Origin: an uncultured Candidatus Entotheonella sp.
Lineage (GTDB): Bacteria; Tectomicrobia; Entotheonellia; Entotheonellales; Entotheonellaceae
DNA length: 64,000 nt
Direction: 5' to 3'
Assembly: GCA_965217185.1 (NCBI GenBank)
Contig: OZ244252.1
Location: forward strand, 3,360,001-3,424,000
Shown here: piece after piece, positions 41,602 to 51,910 of the stretch
How positions within the stretch are numbered: position 1 is the first letter of the stretch
How the letters are laid out: each line of letters begins with the position of its first letter
Position numbers and translations under genes: made by a program
Notes under the pieces: generated by a model
What the model was told of the DNA's origin: nothing
The model's database searches: none
Seen by the model: the letters and a program-made list of their open reading frames with translations, nothing else

Positions 41602-43134
41602 ATGTCGGAACGATACATCCTGGCCCTCGATCAGGGCACCAGCAGCTCCCGCGCCCTGCTGTTCGACCGCAGCGGCAACGTCCTGCATCAGGCGCAACAA
41701 GCGCTCGCGTCGCACTTTCCGCAGCCGGGTTGGGTTGAACAGGACCCGACCGCGCTGTGGCAATCGCAACTTGGCGCGGCACGGCAGGTGTTACAAGAGG
41801 CTGGCGTGTCCGCTACCCAAATCGCTGCCCTCGGACTCACCAACCAGCGCGAGACCACCCTCATCTGGGACCGCCGCAGCGGCGAGCCGGTAGCCCCCGC
41901 CATCGTCTGGCAATGCCGCCGCACCGCGCCGCTCGTCGAGGCGCTGCGCGCACAGGGCTACGAGGCGGAGATCCGCCAACGCACCGGCCTGGTGCTGGAC
42001 GCCTATTTCTCCGCCACCAAGATGCGTTGGCTGCTCGATCACGCGCCCGGAGCGCGCCGACTCGCCAGTCAAGGGCAGTTGGCATTCGGAACCGTCGATA
42101 CCTGGCTGCTCTACCAGCTGAGCAGCGGCCGGCTGCACTGCACCGACGCTTCCAATGCCTCCCGAACGATGCTATACAACATCCACACCTGCGAGTGGGA
42201 CGACGACATTCTGCGTGCCCTGGACATTCCGGCAAGCCTGCTGCCCGAGGTGCGAGACTCCAGCGGCGATTTCGGCGCCACCACCGCGGCCTGCTTCGAC
42301 GGCACCGCGGTGCCCATCGGCGGCGTCATTGGCGATCAGCAAGGCGCCCTCTTCGGACAGGCGTGCTTCGCCCCCGGCATGGTCAAGAACACCTACGGCA
42401 CCGGCTCCTTCGTGCTGATGCACAACGGCGACCGTCCCGGACCCGTCCATGAGGGCTTGCTGACTACCATCGCCTGGCGCATCGGCGGGCGCACCAGCTA
42501 CGCCCTGGAGGGCAGCATTTTCATGACGGGCGCCACGATGCAATGGTTGCGGGATGAGTTGCAGATCATCGACAGCGCGGCAGAAAGTGAAACTTTGGCC
42601 GCCAGCGTGCCGGACACCGGCGGCGTCTATCTCGTGCCGGCGTTCACCGGCCTGGGAGCGCCGCACTGGGACATGTATGCACGCGGTTTACTGGTCGGCC
42701 TGACGCGCGGCACGAAGAAAGCGCATGTCGTCCGCGCCGCCCTGGAAGCCATGGCGTACCAAACGCGCGACGTCATCGACCGCATGGCGGCTGCCGCGGG
42801 CGTGAGGAGCGTTTCCACCTTGCGCGTCGACGGCGGAGCGGCGGCGAACGATCTGGCCATGCAGTTTCAGAGCGACCTCTTGCAGACCCCCGTGCAGCGC
42901 CCGAGGATGGTTGAAACCACCGCCTGGGGCGCCGCCTGCCTGGCCGGTCTGGCCGTCGGCTATTGGCGGGATCAGGACGAATTGACGGCGTGCTGGCACG
43001 CGGAGCGCGAATTCACACCCCGTATGCCTGCGGCCCGTTGCGAGGAGTTGTACGGCGGCTGGCAGGAGGCCGTGCGTCGCGCCGGTGGCTGGACGACGGC
43101 GCTCCCCGACATGGCGGAAGCGCAGGAGGGGTGA
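41602..43134 (+). CDS. glpK: Glycerol kinase
   Basis: ALDQGTSSSR, TNQRETT, YFSATK, GDQQ, KNTYGTG, YALEGS, VDGG. Confidence 0.97.
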   Translation: MSERYILALDQGTSSSRALLFDRSGNVLHQAQQALASHFPQPGWVEQDPTALWQSQLGAARQVLQEAGVSATQIAALGLTNQRETTLIWDRRSGEPVAPAIVWQCRRTAPLVEALRAQGYEAEIRQRTGLVLDAYFSATKMRWLLDHAPGARRLASQGQLAFGTVDTWLLYQLSSGRLHCTDASNASRTMLYNIHTCEWDDDILRALDIPASLLPEVRDSSGDFGATTAACFDGTAVPIGGVIGDQQGALFGQACFAPGMVKNTYGTGSFVLMHNGDRPGPVHEGLLTTIAWRIGGRTSYALEGSIFMTGATMQWLRDELQIIDSAAESETLAASVPDTGGVYLVPAFTGLGAPHWDMYARGLLVGLTRGTKKAHVVRAALEAMAYQTRDVIDRMAAAAGVRSVSTLRVDGGAAANDLAMQFQSDLLQTPVQRPRMVETTAWGAACLAGLAVGYWRDQDELTACWHAEREFTPRMPAARCEELYGGWQEAVRRAGGWTTALPDMAEAQEG

Positions 43135-43135
43135 G

Positions 43136-44164
43136 GTGAACCAGCGGATTGAGCAAAAACGTGTAGCGGTGATCGGTGCCGGCTCTTGGGGCACGGCGTT
43201 GGCCAATCACCTCGCCGAGCGCAGCCAACCGGTGACGCTGTGGGCGCGCGACGAGCGACTGGCCCGCCGCCTGGAAAGCGATCGGGAGAACGCCCCGTAC
43301 CTGCCCGGCGTCGCGCTGCAACCGCACGTCACGGCGACCAGCAACGTGGATGAGGCCGCTCGTGGGGTCGATACCTTCATCTCCGCGCTGCCGTCGCACG
43401 CGGTGCGAACCGTCTGGCGGCTGATGGCGCCGCTGTTGCCCGAGGCCGCCACACTGGTGAGCGCCACCAAGGGCATCGAGGCCGGTTCGTTGCTCACCAT
43501 GTCGCAGGTCTTGCAGGACACGTTGCCTGCCGACAAGTCCATCGATGTGGCCGTGCTGTCCGGCCCGTCCTTCGCCCACGAAGTCAGCAACAAGGCCCCC
43601 ACCGCCGTGGTTGCCGCGGCCCGCGACCACCGCTTGGCCGAAGCGGTGCAGCAGATGTTCAGCACCTCGGCGTTTCGGGTATACACCAGCACCGACGTGA
43701 TCGGCGTCGAGATCGGCGGCGCCCTCAAGAACGTCATGGCGTTGGCGGCCGGTGTCTGCGACGGGTTGAATCTCGGCGCCAATACCCGCGCCGCCCTCAT
43801 TACCCGCAGCTTGGCCGAGATGACGCAACTCGGCGTCGCCATGGGCGCCCGCGCGCAGACCTTTGCCGGTCTGTCCGGCCTTGGCGATCTGGTCTTGACC
43901 TGCACGGGCCAGCGCAGTCGCAACCACAGCGTCGGCGTGCAGCTTGGACAGGGTAGGAAGCTGCCCGCTATTCTGTCGCCCATGCGGATGGTGGCGGAAG
44001 GGGTGACCACCGCCGGCAGCGTGGTGGCGCTTGCTAGTCGCCATCGCGTGGAAATGCCGATCGCGGAGAAGGTCAATGCCCTCCTGCAAGGGCACATCTC
44101 ACCCCACGAGGCGGTGATGGAACTGATGACGCGCACCCTGAAGCACGAGGAACCGATGCCGTGA
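43136..44164 (+). CDS. gpsA: NAD(P)H-dependent glycerol-3-phosphate dehydrogenase
   Basis: GAGSWGTALA, TKGIE, LSGPSFA, GGALKN, GLGDLVLTC, SRN, VAEGV. Confidence 0.97.
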   Translation: MNQRIEQKRVAVIGAGSWGTALANHLAERSQPVTLWARDERLARRLESDRENAPYLPGVALQPHVTATSNVDEAARGVDTFISALPSHAVRTVWRLMAPLLPEAATLVSATKGIEAGSLLTMSQVLQDTLPADKSIDVAVLSGPSFAHEVSNKAPTAVVAAARDHRLAEAVQQMFSTSAFRVYTSTDVIGVEIGGALKNVMALAAGVCDGLNLGANTRAALITRSLAEMTQLGVAMGARAQTFAGLSGLGDLVLTCTGQRSRNHSVGVQLGQGRKLPAILSPMRMVAEGVTTAGSVVALASRHRVEMPIAEKVNALLQGHISPHEAVMELMTRTLKHEEPMP

Positions 44165-44934
44165 ACCGCGAACAATTGGCCGATTTACTGCACCGCGTCG
44201 CCGCCGGTAGCACCACGCCGGAAGAGGGGCTGACCCAGCTTCGCTTCCTGCCGTTCGAGGACCTGGGTTTTGCGCACGTGGACCACCACCGCAGCCTGCG
44301 GCAGGGCATCCCGGAGGTCATCTACGGAGCCGGCAAAACGGTGGACCAGATCACGGCCATCGCCGAGCGCATCCTCAACCAGAACAGCGATCTGCTCGCC
44401 ACGCGGGTTTCGCCGGAAGCCGCCGAAGCTCTCCTCGCATTGGATCCGCGCGCCGAATACAGCGCCATCGCGCGCACCGTGGTGGTGCGGCACGAACCCG
44501 GTAAAGTGACGAAGGGGATGGTTCTGATCGCGGCCGCCGGCACGTCTGATTTACCTGTCGCCGAGGAAGCGGCGGTGACCGCCCGCGCTCTGGGAAGCAC
44601 CGTGCAGACGGCGTATGACGTGGGCGTGGCGGGGTTGCACCGTCTCCTGGCAAAGCGGGATCTGCTGGTGTCGGCCCGGGTGATCGTGGTCGTCGCGGGC
44701 ATGGAAGGCGCGCTGCCCAGCGTGGTGGGCGGCCTGGTAGACAAGCCCGTCATCGCCGTGCCCACCAGCGTCGGGTACGGCGCCCATTTCCAGGGACTGG
44801 CGCCGCTGCTGGCCATGCTCAACAGTTGCGCGTCCGGGGTGGCCGTGGTGAACATCGACAACGGCTTCGGGGCGGGCTATATGGCCCATACCATCAATCT
44901 GATCGGGGAAAAGCCGCCGCCCGACGCCGCGTGA
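44161..44934 (+). CDS. larB: Nickel-pincer cofactor biosynthesis protein LarB
   Basis: DHHRSLRQGIPEVIYG, AGTSDLPVAEEA, DVGVAGLHR, AGMEGAL, PTSVGYG, VNIDNGFGA. Confidence 0.95.
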   Translation: MNREQLADLLHRVAAGSTTPEEGLTQLRFLPFEDLGFAHVDHHRSLRQGIPEVIYGAGKTVDQITAIAERILNQNSDLLATRVSPEAAEALLALDPRAEYSAIARTVVVRHEPGKVTKGMVLIAAAGTSDLPVAEEAAVTARALGSTVQTAYDVGVAGLHRLLAKRDLLVSARVIVVVAGMEGALPSVVGGLVDKPVIAVPTSVGYGAHFQGLAPLLAMLNSCASGVAVVNIDNGFGAGYMAHTINLIGEKPPPDAA

Positions 44935-44942
44935 GGGCAAGC

Positions 44943-46097
44943 ATGCGTATCGCTCATGTACACGGTCACGGCGGCCTCAGCGCCCCCTTGCTGCTGGGCG
45001 CGTGTCTGGACGCCGGCGCCTCGCTCGCCGCCATCGAGGAAGGCTGGCGGTCACTGGGCCTACCCGCCGCGCAAGCGTTCCCGGCACGCGTGACCTTCCC
45101 ACAGGGCGCTGCCACTCGGACCGACTTCACGCCTGACCAGACCGCCGATTTCCTCAACCAGCAATCCATGACGGCCTTGCTCGCCCGCATCGACGGCAGC
45201 GGGCTTGCCGACAAGGCCAAGCAGCGTCTGTCAGCCATGCTGAGCCGCTATGCCGCCGCCTTCGACCGCGTGTACGGTGGCGAAGCAGCCATGCGCTCCG
45301 AGCATCTGCCTGAAATCGTCCATCTCGGCAGCGGCGTGATCCTGGCGTTGGAAGAGCTGGGCATCGACGAAGTCGTTGCGGCGCCCCTGCCGCTCGGGAA
45401 TCAGGCCGGGGACACGCCGTTCCTGCACCCGATGATCGCCGAACTCTGCCGGGGCGCATCCGTTCACGGCCAGCAACAAGCCGGGCAGCCGATGACCGTC
45501 GGCGGTGCCGCCATTCTCACCGCTATCGCCGCCCGTTATGGGCCGTTGCCCGCCATGACCCTCACCGCCACAGGCTACGGGGCACAAGACGGCTCCCCAG
45601 ATGCCCCACAACTGCAAATTGTGCTTGGCGACCGGGAAGGTCAGGCGGACGCCGAATGGATCGCCATCATTGAGACCCATATCGACGACATGAACCCGGA
45701 ACTTTACGAGGCCGTATTCGAGCGCCTCTTTGCCCGCGGCGCCTTGGACGTCACGCTGACACCGTTGTTCATGAAGAAAAACCGGCCCGCCAACAAGCTG
45801 ACGGTCCTGTCGCCCCTCCCCCACGTCAACGAGCTCTCGCGCCTGATTTTGCAGCACACGTCGAGTTTTGGCGTACGGGTGCACGAAGCGTGGCGCCACA
45901 AGCTGGAGCGGTTTCACCGTCAGGTCGACACCCGCTACGGCCGCATCGCCGTGAAGTGCGGCACCCTGGACGGCCGTATCGTGCAGGCGGCACCGGAATA
46001 CGACGCCTGCAAGCAAGCGGCACGAGAGCATGGCGCTCCGGTGCGGCTGGTATATGCCGAAGCCGCCCGTCTGGCATCGTCCTGGCTGACCTCCTGA
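44943..46097 (+). CDS. larC: LarC-family nickel insertion protein with a degenerate N-terminal domain
   Basis: C-terminal IETHIDDMNPE, MKKNRP, TSSFGVR, PEYD and GYGA conserved; follows larB. Confidence 0.85.
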   Translation: MRIAHVHGHGGLSAPLLLGACLDAGASLAAIEEGWRSLGLPAAQAFPARVTFPQGAATRTDFTPDQTADFLNQQSMTALLARIDGSGLADKAKQRLSAMLSRYAAAFDRVYGGEAAMRSEHLPEIVHLGSGVILALEELGIDEVVAAPLPLGNQAGDTPFLHPMIAELCRGASVHGQQQAGQPMTVGGAAILTAIAARYGPLPAMTLTATGYGAQDGSPDAPQLQIVLGDREGQADAEWIAIIETHIDDMNPELYEAVFERLFARGALDVTLTPLFMKKNRPANKLTVLSPLPHVNELSRLILQHTSSFGVRVHEAWRHKLERFHRQVDTRYGRIAVKCGTLDGRIVQAAPEYDACKQAAREHGAPVRLVYAEAARLASSWLTS

Positions 46098-46230
46098 TGA
46101 ATTCGCGGGTCGCGCCAGACAGTGACCCTCGTGACCCGTGTGCCGTTTGCAGCACCGGCCAAAACGCACTATGCTGACACCTCACTGAACACCCCCATTA
46201 CACAAAATCACCCCATAGCGGAGAACAAAC

Positions 46231-46938
46231 ATGGAGCGCGACGTCGTCGCCGTGTTCGGCGCCCATCCCGATGACCTGGATTGGGCCGCCGGCGGCACCG
46301 CAGCCGTTTGGGCCAAGCAGGGCAAGGAAGTGTATTACGTACTGACCACCAGCGGCGAGAGCGGTGAGGATCACATCGGCAAGCGGACGTTGTCACGGGC
46401 GGAAATGGCCGACATCCGCGAAGCCGAGCAGCACATCGCCGCCGGCGTTCTGGGCGTCAAGGAGGTCGTTTTCCTGCGCCTCCCCGACGGGCGGCTGGAG
46501 CCCAACCTGCAACTGCGCGACTGCCTCGTCAACGTGCTGCGGCGCCTGAAGCCGAACATCGTCATCAGCCTTGAACCGACCCAAGGGGGATTCGACAATT
46601 TCTACCTGTACCACCCCGACCACCGCGCCACCGCCATCGCCCTGTACGACGCCATCTACCCCGCCGCCGGCACCGCCACCTACGTTCCCGAACCCGACAC
46701 CGGACTGCCGCCGCACTGGGTGCGCGAGGTCTATTTCAGCGCCGCCGCCAACCCCGACACGTACGTGGATATCACGGACGCCATCGACCTCAAGGTGCAG
46801 GCGCTGACCAGCCACCGCAGCCAGATCACCGACCCCGAGCGGATCGCCGGCTTCGTGCGCGAGTGGGCCACCAAACACGGCGCTGAGGCCGGCTGCGCCT
46901 ACGCCGAGGCGTTCCGCCGCCTCGAGGTGCCGCAGTGA
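46231..46938 (+). CDS. PIG-L/LmbE-family deacetylase
   Basis: AHPDD, TSGE, REAE, HPDH, HRSQ, YAEAF. Confidence 0.93.
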   Translation: MERDVVAVFGAHPDDLDWAAGGTAAVWAKQGKEVYYVLTTSGESGEDHIGKRTLSRAEMADIREAEQHIAAGVLGVKEVVFLRLPDGRLEPNLQLRDCLVNVLRRLKPNIVISLEPTQGGFDNFYLYHPDHRATAIALYDAIYPAAGTATYVPEPDTGLPPHWVREVYFSAAANPDTYVDITDAIDLKVQALTSHRSQITDPERIAGFVREWATKHGAEAGCAYAEAFRRLEVPQ

Positions 46939-46988
46939 GGCGCACGGCGCCATCCACTCCTTCGTCCCATGCCGAGTGAGCCGCCACG

Positions 46989-48599
46989 ATGGACATCCTG
47001 CAGTCGCGTATCGACACGGAAAGCCCCGATTTCAAGCGCAACACGGCGCACAATCTGGAGCAGGCCGAATGCCTGCGCGAGGCGCTTCGTCGGGTGCGTG
47101 AAGGCGGCGGGGAGCGGGCCGTAGCCCTGCACCGGCAGCGCGGCAAGCTGCTGGCTCGTGAGCGCATTGACGCTCTGCTCGACCCCGGCGCCCCGTTTCT
47201 GGAACTCTCCCCCCTGGCCGCTCACGACGTGTATGACGGCGCTGCCCCCGGCGCCGGTATCGTCACCGGCATCGGCGCCGTACACGGCACCGAGGCGATG
47301 ATCATCGCCAACGACGCCACCGTGAAGGGCGGCACCTACTTTCCCCTCACCGTCAAGAAGCACCTCCGGGCGCAGGAAGTCGCGCGCGACAACCGCCTGC
47401 CGTGCATCTATCTCGTCGATTCCGGCGGCGCCTTCCTGCCCCTGCAGGCCGAGGTGTTCCCCGACCGCGAGCACTTCGGGCGCATCTTTTACAATCAGGC
47501 CACCATGTCGGCCGCCGGCATCCCGCAGATCGCCGTCGTCATGGGCTCCTGCACGGCGGGCGGCGCCTACGTTCCCGCCATGTCCGACGAGACGATCATC
47601 GTGCGCAACCAGGGCACGATTTTCCTCGCCGGCCCGCCGTTGGTGAAGGCGTCGACCGGCGAGGACGTCAGCGCCGAGGAACTCGGCGGCGGCCTGATGC
47701 ACGCCAGCCGCTCCGGGGTTACCGATCACCTGGCCGACGACGACGCGCACGCCCTCGAAATCTGCCGCAGCATCGTCGAAAACCTCAACGACACCCGCCG
47801 CCCGGTGTGCAGCATCGAGCCGCCAGAGGAACCGCTCTACGACCCGCGCGAGTGCTACGGCCTCCTGCCGCCGACGCCGCGCCAGCCCTACGACGTGCGG
47901 GAAATCATCGCCCGCCTGGTGGACGGCTCGCGTTTTCACGAGTTCAAATCGCTGTACGGCACCACGCTGGTGTGCGGCTTTGCCCGCCTGGAGGGCTATC
48001 CGGTCGGCATCCTGGCCAACAACGGCGTGCTGTTTTCCGACTCGTCCCTCAAGGGCACGCACTTCATCGAGTTGTGCGACCAGCGGAGGATTCCACTCCT
48101 GTTCCTGCAAAACATCGCCGGGTTCATGGTCGGGGTGCAGGCTGAAAGTGCCGGTATCGCCAAGGACGGCGCCAAGATGGTCATGGCCGTGGCCAACACC
48201 CAGGTGCCGCGCTTCACCCTGATCATCGGCGGCTCGTTCGGAGCCGGCAACTACGGCATGTGCGGGCGCGCCTACAGCCCGAGGCTGCTGTTCTCGTGGC
48301 CGAGCGCGCGCATCTCCGTGATGGGCGGCGAGCAGGCGGCGGGCGTGCTGCTGACGGTGAAGCAGGAGCAATTGCGAACGCGCGGCCAGCCCGAGCTCGA
48401 CGCGGCGGCACAGGTGGCCTTCAAGCAGCCCATCCTCGACACCTACGAGCACGAGGGCTCGCCCTACTACGCCACCGCGCGGCTGTGGGACGACGGCATT
48501 CTCGACCCGCTGGAGACCCGCCGGGTGCTGGGCTTGTCGATCGCCATGGCCATGAAGCAGCCCGTGGGGTCCCCGCGCTACGGCATCTTCCGCATGTAA
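46989..48599 (+). CDS. Methylcrotonyl-CoA carboxylase-type carboxyltransferase (beta) subunit
   Basis: [58 protein letters not shown]. Confidence 0.93.
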   Translation: MDILQSRIDTESPDFKRNTAHNLEQAECLREALRRVREGGGERAVALHRQRGKLLARERIDALLDPGAPFLELSPLAAHDVYDGAAPGAGIVTGIGAVHGTEAMIIANDATVKGGTYFPLTVKKHLRAQEVARDNRLPCIYLVDSGGAFLPLQAEVFPDREHFGRIFYNQATMSAAGIPQIAVVMGSCTAGGAYVPAMSDETIIVRNQGTIFLAGPPLVKASTGEDVSAEELGGGLMHASRSGVTDHLADDDAHALEICRSIVENLNDTRRPVCSIEPPEEPLYDPRECYGLLPPTPRQPYDVREIIARLVDGSRFHEFKSLYGTTLVCGFARLEGYPVGILANNGVLFSDSSLKGTHFIELCDQRRIPLLFLQNIAGFMVGVQAESAGIAKDGAKMVMAVANTQVPRFTLIIGGSFGAGNYGMCGRAYSPRLLFSWPSARISVMGGEQAAGVLLTVKQEQLRTRGQPELDAAAQVAFKQPILDTYEHEGSPYYATARLWDDGILDPLETRRVLGLSIAMAMKQPVGSPRYGIFRM

Positions 48600-48607
48600 G
48601 GTATCCC

Positions 48608-50125
48608 ATGCAAAAGCTGCTGATTGCCAACCGAGGCGAAATCGCGGTGCGCATCATGCGCGCGGCGCGCGAGTTCGGCCTGCGCACCGTGGCGGTGTAC
48701 TCGACGGCGGACCGCGAGGCGCCGCACACCCAACTGGCGGACGAGGCGTTTCACCTCGGCCCGCCGGAGCCGGCGCAGAGCTACCTGGATATGTCCCGCC
48801 TCCTTGAAGCGGCGCGGGCTTGCGGCGCCGATGCGCTGCACCCGGGATACGGCTTCCTGTCCGAGAATTCGGCATTTGCCGCGGCGTGTGAGCAGGCCGG
48901 GCTGATTTTCGTCGGCCCCAGCGCCGCGGCCATCCGCGACATGGGCTCGAAAATCGTCTCCAAACAGATCGCCGAGCGCGCCGGGGTGCCGGTCATTCCC
49001 AGTTTCCAGTCGCCCGATGCGGCCAGCTTGGCTCGTGAGGCGCCGCAAGCGGCGGAGCGGCTCGGCTATCCGGTGCTGGTGAAGGCGGCGGCCGGCGGCG
49101 GCGGCAAGGGTATGCGCATCGTCGAACGTGCCTCGGAACTGCCGGCTGCGCTCGAAGCTGGCGCGCGCGAGGCGCAACAGGCGTTCGGCGACGCCGCGCT
49201 GCTGCTCGAAACCTACATCGACCGCCCGCGGCACGTAGAGGTGCAGGTGCTCGGCGACCACTTCGGCAACCGGGTTCACCTGTTCGAGCGTGAGTGCTCG
49301 ATCCAACGGCGGCACCAGAAAATCGTCGAAGAGGCGCCCTCGCCAGCAGTGGACAGCGACCTGCGGCAACGCTTGACGGACGCCGCGCTGCGCCTCGCCG
49401 ACGCCGTGGATTACACCAGTGCCGGCACGGTCGAGTTCCTGCTGGCGCCGGACGGCGCGTTCTATTTCCTCGAAATGAACACCCGGTTGCAGGTCGAGCA
49501 CGCCATCACCGAGCAGGTCAGCGGCGTCGACCTCGTGCACCAACAGTTGCGCATTGCCGGCGGCGAGCCCCTGACGTTCACCCAGGCGCAGTTGACGCAG
49601 CGCGGCCACGCCATCGAGTGCCGCTTGTACGCCGAGAATCCCGCCAACGGCTTCCTGCCCGCCACTGGCCGCGTCCGTGTCCTGCGCGAGCCGCACGGGC
49701 CGGGGTGCCGCATCGACAGCGGTCTGGCCCTGGATCAGGAGATCACCCCGTACTACGATCCCATCCTGGCGAAGCTCATCACCCACGGCGCGACGCGGGA
49801 GGAGGCGCGGCTGCGCATGGGCGCCCTGCTGCGCGATTACGTGGTTCTCGGCCTGGCCACCAACCGCGAGTTCCTCCTCGACGTGATCGAGTCGGAAGCG
49901 TTCGCCGCCGGGGATACCAACACGGCGTTCATTGAACGGCATTTTGCCGCCTGGCAGCCCGCCGCATCCGTGCCGGCGGACGTCCTGGCACTGGCCGCAC
50001 TTGGGGACCTGTTACAGCGTGAAAACGGGTCGGGCACGCCCATTGCCGGGTTCGCGAGTGCTGGCCAAGCCGCCTCGAACCCGTGGACGCGGCATGATAG
50101 TTGGCGAGTGGGAGCCCTGCGTTGA
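48608..50125 (+). CDS. Biotin carboxylase subunit of an acyl-CoA (MCC-type) carboxylase
   Basis: LIANRGEIA, HPGYGFLSEN, GGGGKGMR, ERECSIQRRHQK, EMNTRLQVEH, YYDP. Confidence 0.93.
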   Translation: MQKLLIANRGEIAVRIMRAAREFGLRTVAVYSTADREAPHTQLADEAFHLGPPEPAQSYLDMSRLLEAARACGADALHPGYGFLSENSAFAAACEQAGLIFVGPSAAAIRDMGSKIVSKQIAERAGVPVIPSFQSPDAASLAREAPQAAERLGYPVLVKAAAGGGGKGMRIVERASELPAALEAGAREAQQAFGDAALLLETYIDRPRHVEVQVLGDHFGNRVHLFERECSIQRRHQKIVEEAPSPAVDSDLRQRLTDAALRLADAVDYTSAGTVEFLLAPDGAFYFLEMNTRLQVEHAITEQVSGVDLVHQQLRIAGGEPLTFTQAQLTQRGHAIECRLYAENPANGFLPATGRVRVLREPHGPGCRIDSGLALDQEITPYYDPILAKLITHGATREEARLRMGALLRDYVVLGLATNREFLLDVIESEAFAAGDTNTAFIERHFAAWQPAASVPADVLALAALGDLLQRENGSGTPIAGFASAGQAASNPWTRHDSWRVGALR

Positions 50126-50592
50126 GGTACACGTACCGCATCCCTGGCGAGGACGAGGCCGTTGAGGTCAATATCACGTCGCTGGACGATCCGGAAGCCG
50201 GCTACCGCGTTACGGTGCGCGACCGCGTTTTCGACCTCCCGTCCGGAAGCCTGCGCCGCGCCGCTTTTCTCAGACAAGCCGGCGAGATCACCGTGCAGGT
50301 CGACGGGCGCGAGTACCGCCTTTACGACGGCAGGCAGCGCCGCGGCGCGCCCACGAGTGCACCGGGCGATCTGCACGCCCCCATGGCCGGGCGCATCATC
50401 CGCGTACTGGCCAAGGCGGGCGACAGCGTTCAGGCCGGGGATACCCTGCTCATTCTGGAGGCGATGAAGATGGAGCAGCAGATCGCCGCGCCGCACGACG
50501 GCACGGTGGCCAGCCTGCTGTGCGAGGAAGGCGACCAGGTAGCCGCAGGCCAGGAGCTTGCGGTGTTGGAAGAAAGTAAAGATGAGAAGTAA
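50122..50592 (+). CDS. Biotin carboxyl carrier protein (BT plus biotinyl domain)
   Basis: APMAG, EAMKM biotinylation motif; TTG start overlapping the upstream stop, GGAG RBS. Confidence 0.9.
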   Translation: MRYTYRIPGEDEAVEVNITSLDDPEAGYRVTVRDRVFDLPSGSLRRAAFLRQAGEITVQVDGREYRLYDGRQRRGAPTSAPGDLHAPMAGRIIRVLAKAGDSVQAGDTLLILEAMKMEQQIAAPHDGTVASLLCEEGDQVAAGQELAVLEESKDEK

Positions 50593-50599
50593 GCCTTTG

Positions 50600-50634
50600 A
50601 CTAACCACTAATCACTGGTCACTGACCACTGGCT
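50600..50634. repeat. Five tandem degenerate heptamers (ACTRRYY)
   Basis: ACTAACC ACTAATC ACTGGTC ACTGACC ACTGGCT. Confidence 0.6.
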
Positions 50635-50648
50635 TGAGGAGATCGATC

Positions 50649-51443
50649 ATGCCCAAGGCGCACGTGAACGGCATTGACATGTACTACGAATACCAGGGCA
50701 GCGGCCTGCCGGTGCTCTTTTCGCACAGCTTCACCAGCGATTGCACCATGTGGAGCCTGCAAACGCCGGTGTTCAGCAAGCGCTATCAGTTCATCACCTA
50801 CGACATCCGAGGCATGGGCCGCACCGACAGCCCGGCGGGTCCGTATTCGTTGGATCAGCACACCGAGGACCTGTACCAGTTGGTGCGGCATCTGGGGCTC
50901 AGCGAGTTCGTGCTCGGCGGGTTGTCCATCGGCGGCATGATTACCGTGCATTTCGCGCTGGCGCACCAGGCATTGCTGAAGGGCGCCATCATCGCAGACA
51001 GCGCCGCGGCGCGCCCGGACACGCCGCTGCTCACCAATCCCGACGACATGATCGACCTGGCGCAGCGCCTCGGCATGGCCGGGCTGGCGGACCACATGAT
51101 CGACAACCGGCTGCTGGCGCCGCACTTGCAGGATAATCCCTACGCCATCAAGGAATACCGCGACCGCATGGCGCAGAACAACGTCATCGGCTACTGTAGC
51201 GGCCTGCGGGCGTTGTCGCGTATGCGGGACCGCGCTGGCGAGATTGGGCAGATCACGGTGCCAACGCTGATCATTGTCGGCGACATGGACGAGCCGTTCG
51301 TCGAGCCGTCGAAACTGATGCACAGCCGTATCGCCGGCTCGAAACTGGTCATCATTCCCGGCGCCGGCCATCTGGCGAACATCGAACAACCAGCCGTCTT
51401 TACCGATGCGGTCATGTCGTTTCTGGACGGCTTGCCGGCTTGA
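50649..51443 (+). CDS. Alpha/beta hydrolase (3-oxoadipate enol-lactonase-like)
   Basis: YDIRGMG, GLSIGG nucleophile elbow, PTLIIVGDMD, GAGHLANIEQP. Confidence 0.9.
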   Translation: MPKAHVNGIDMYYEYQGSGLPVLFSHSFTSDCTMWSLQTPVFSKRYQFITYDIRGMGRTDSPAGPYSLDQHTEDLYQLVRHLGLSEFVLGGLSIGGMITVHFALAHQALLKGAIIADSAAARPDTPLLTNPDDMIDLAQRLGMAGLADHMIDNRLLAPHLQDNPYAIKEYRDRMAQNNVIGYCSGLRALSRMRDRAGEIGQITVPTLIIVGDMDEPFVEPSKLMHSRIAGSKLVIIPGAGHLANIEQPAVFTDAVMSFLDGLPA

Positions 51444-51492
51444 CCCCCCAAACCGGTCTTTGTGTTCTGAGAGCCATTGGAGGAACCACAAC

Positions 51493-51876
51493 ATGGCTGA
51501 TGAATTTGTTCGCAAGGAGCACTTCGACGAATACGTCCTGCGAACGGACGAGCGCTTTCTCGGCCTCGAAAAGCGCATGGACCAAGGATTTGCCCACGCT
51601 GAAAAGGCGCGGGGGCAGAACTTTGTTCACATGAACCAGCGTTTTGATGACCTGCTCCAAGGCATCGATCAACGTTTCGAGGGCATCAACCACCGCTTCG
51701 ACGGCATCAACCAGCGCTTTGACAGCCTGGAAAGGCGCATGGAGGAAGGCTTTTCCGAACTCCGCGCGGACATGCGCCAGATGCGTAATTGGCTGGTGTG
51801 GCTTTTTGGTCTGGTGGTCTTTGGCTTTATCGGTTCAATCGTGCTGATCTTGTTCAGGGATCTGATTCTCAAGTAG
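51493..51876 (+). CDS. Coiled-coil heptad-repeat protein with C-terminal TM helix
   Basis: GGAGG RBS; repeats IDQRFEG/INHRFDG/INQRFDS; hydrophobic tail WLVWLFGLVVFGFIGSIVLIL. Confidence 0.8.
   Translation: MADEFVRKEHFDEYVLRTDERFLGLEKRMDQGFAHAEKARGQNFVHMNQRFDDLLQGIDQRFEGINHRFDGINQRFDSLERRMEEGFSELRADMRQMRNWLVWLFGLVVFGFIGSIVLILFRDLILK
51664..51726 (+). repeat. Three 21-nt coding tandem repeats
   Basis: ATCGATCAACGTTTCGAGGGC / ATCAACCACCGCTTCGACGGC / ATCAACCAGCGCTTTGACAGC. Confidence 0.75.
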
Positions 51877-51910
51877 CTCGTTACGGCTGACTCGTAACTA
51901 AGGAATTCTC

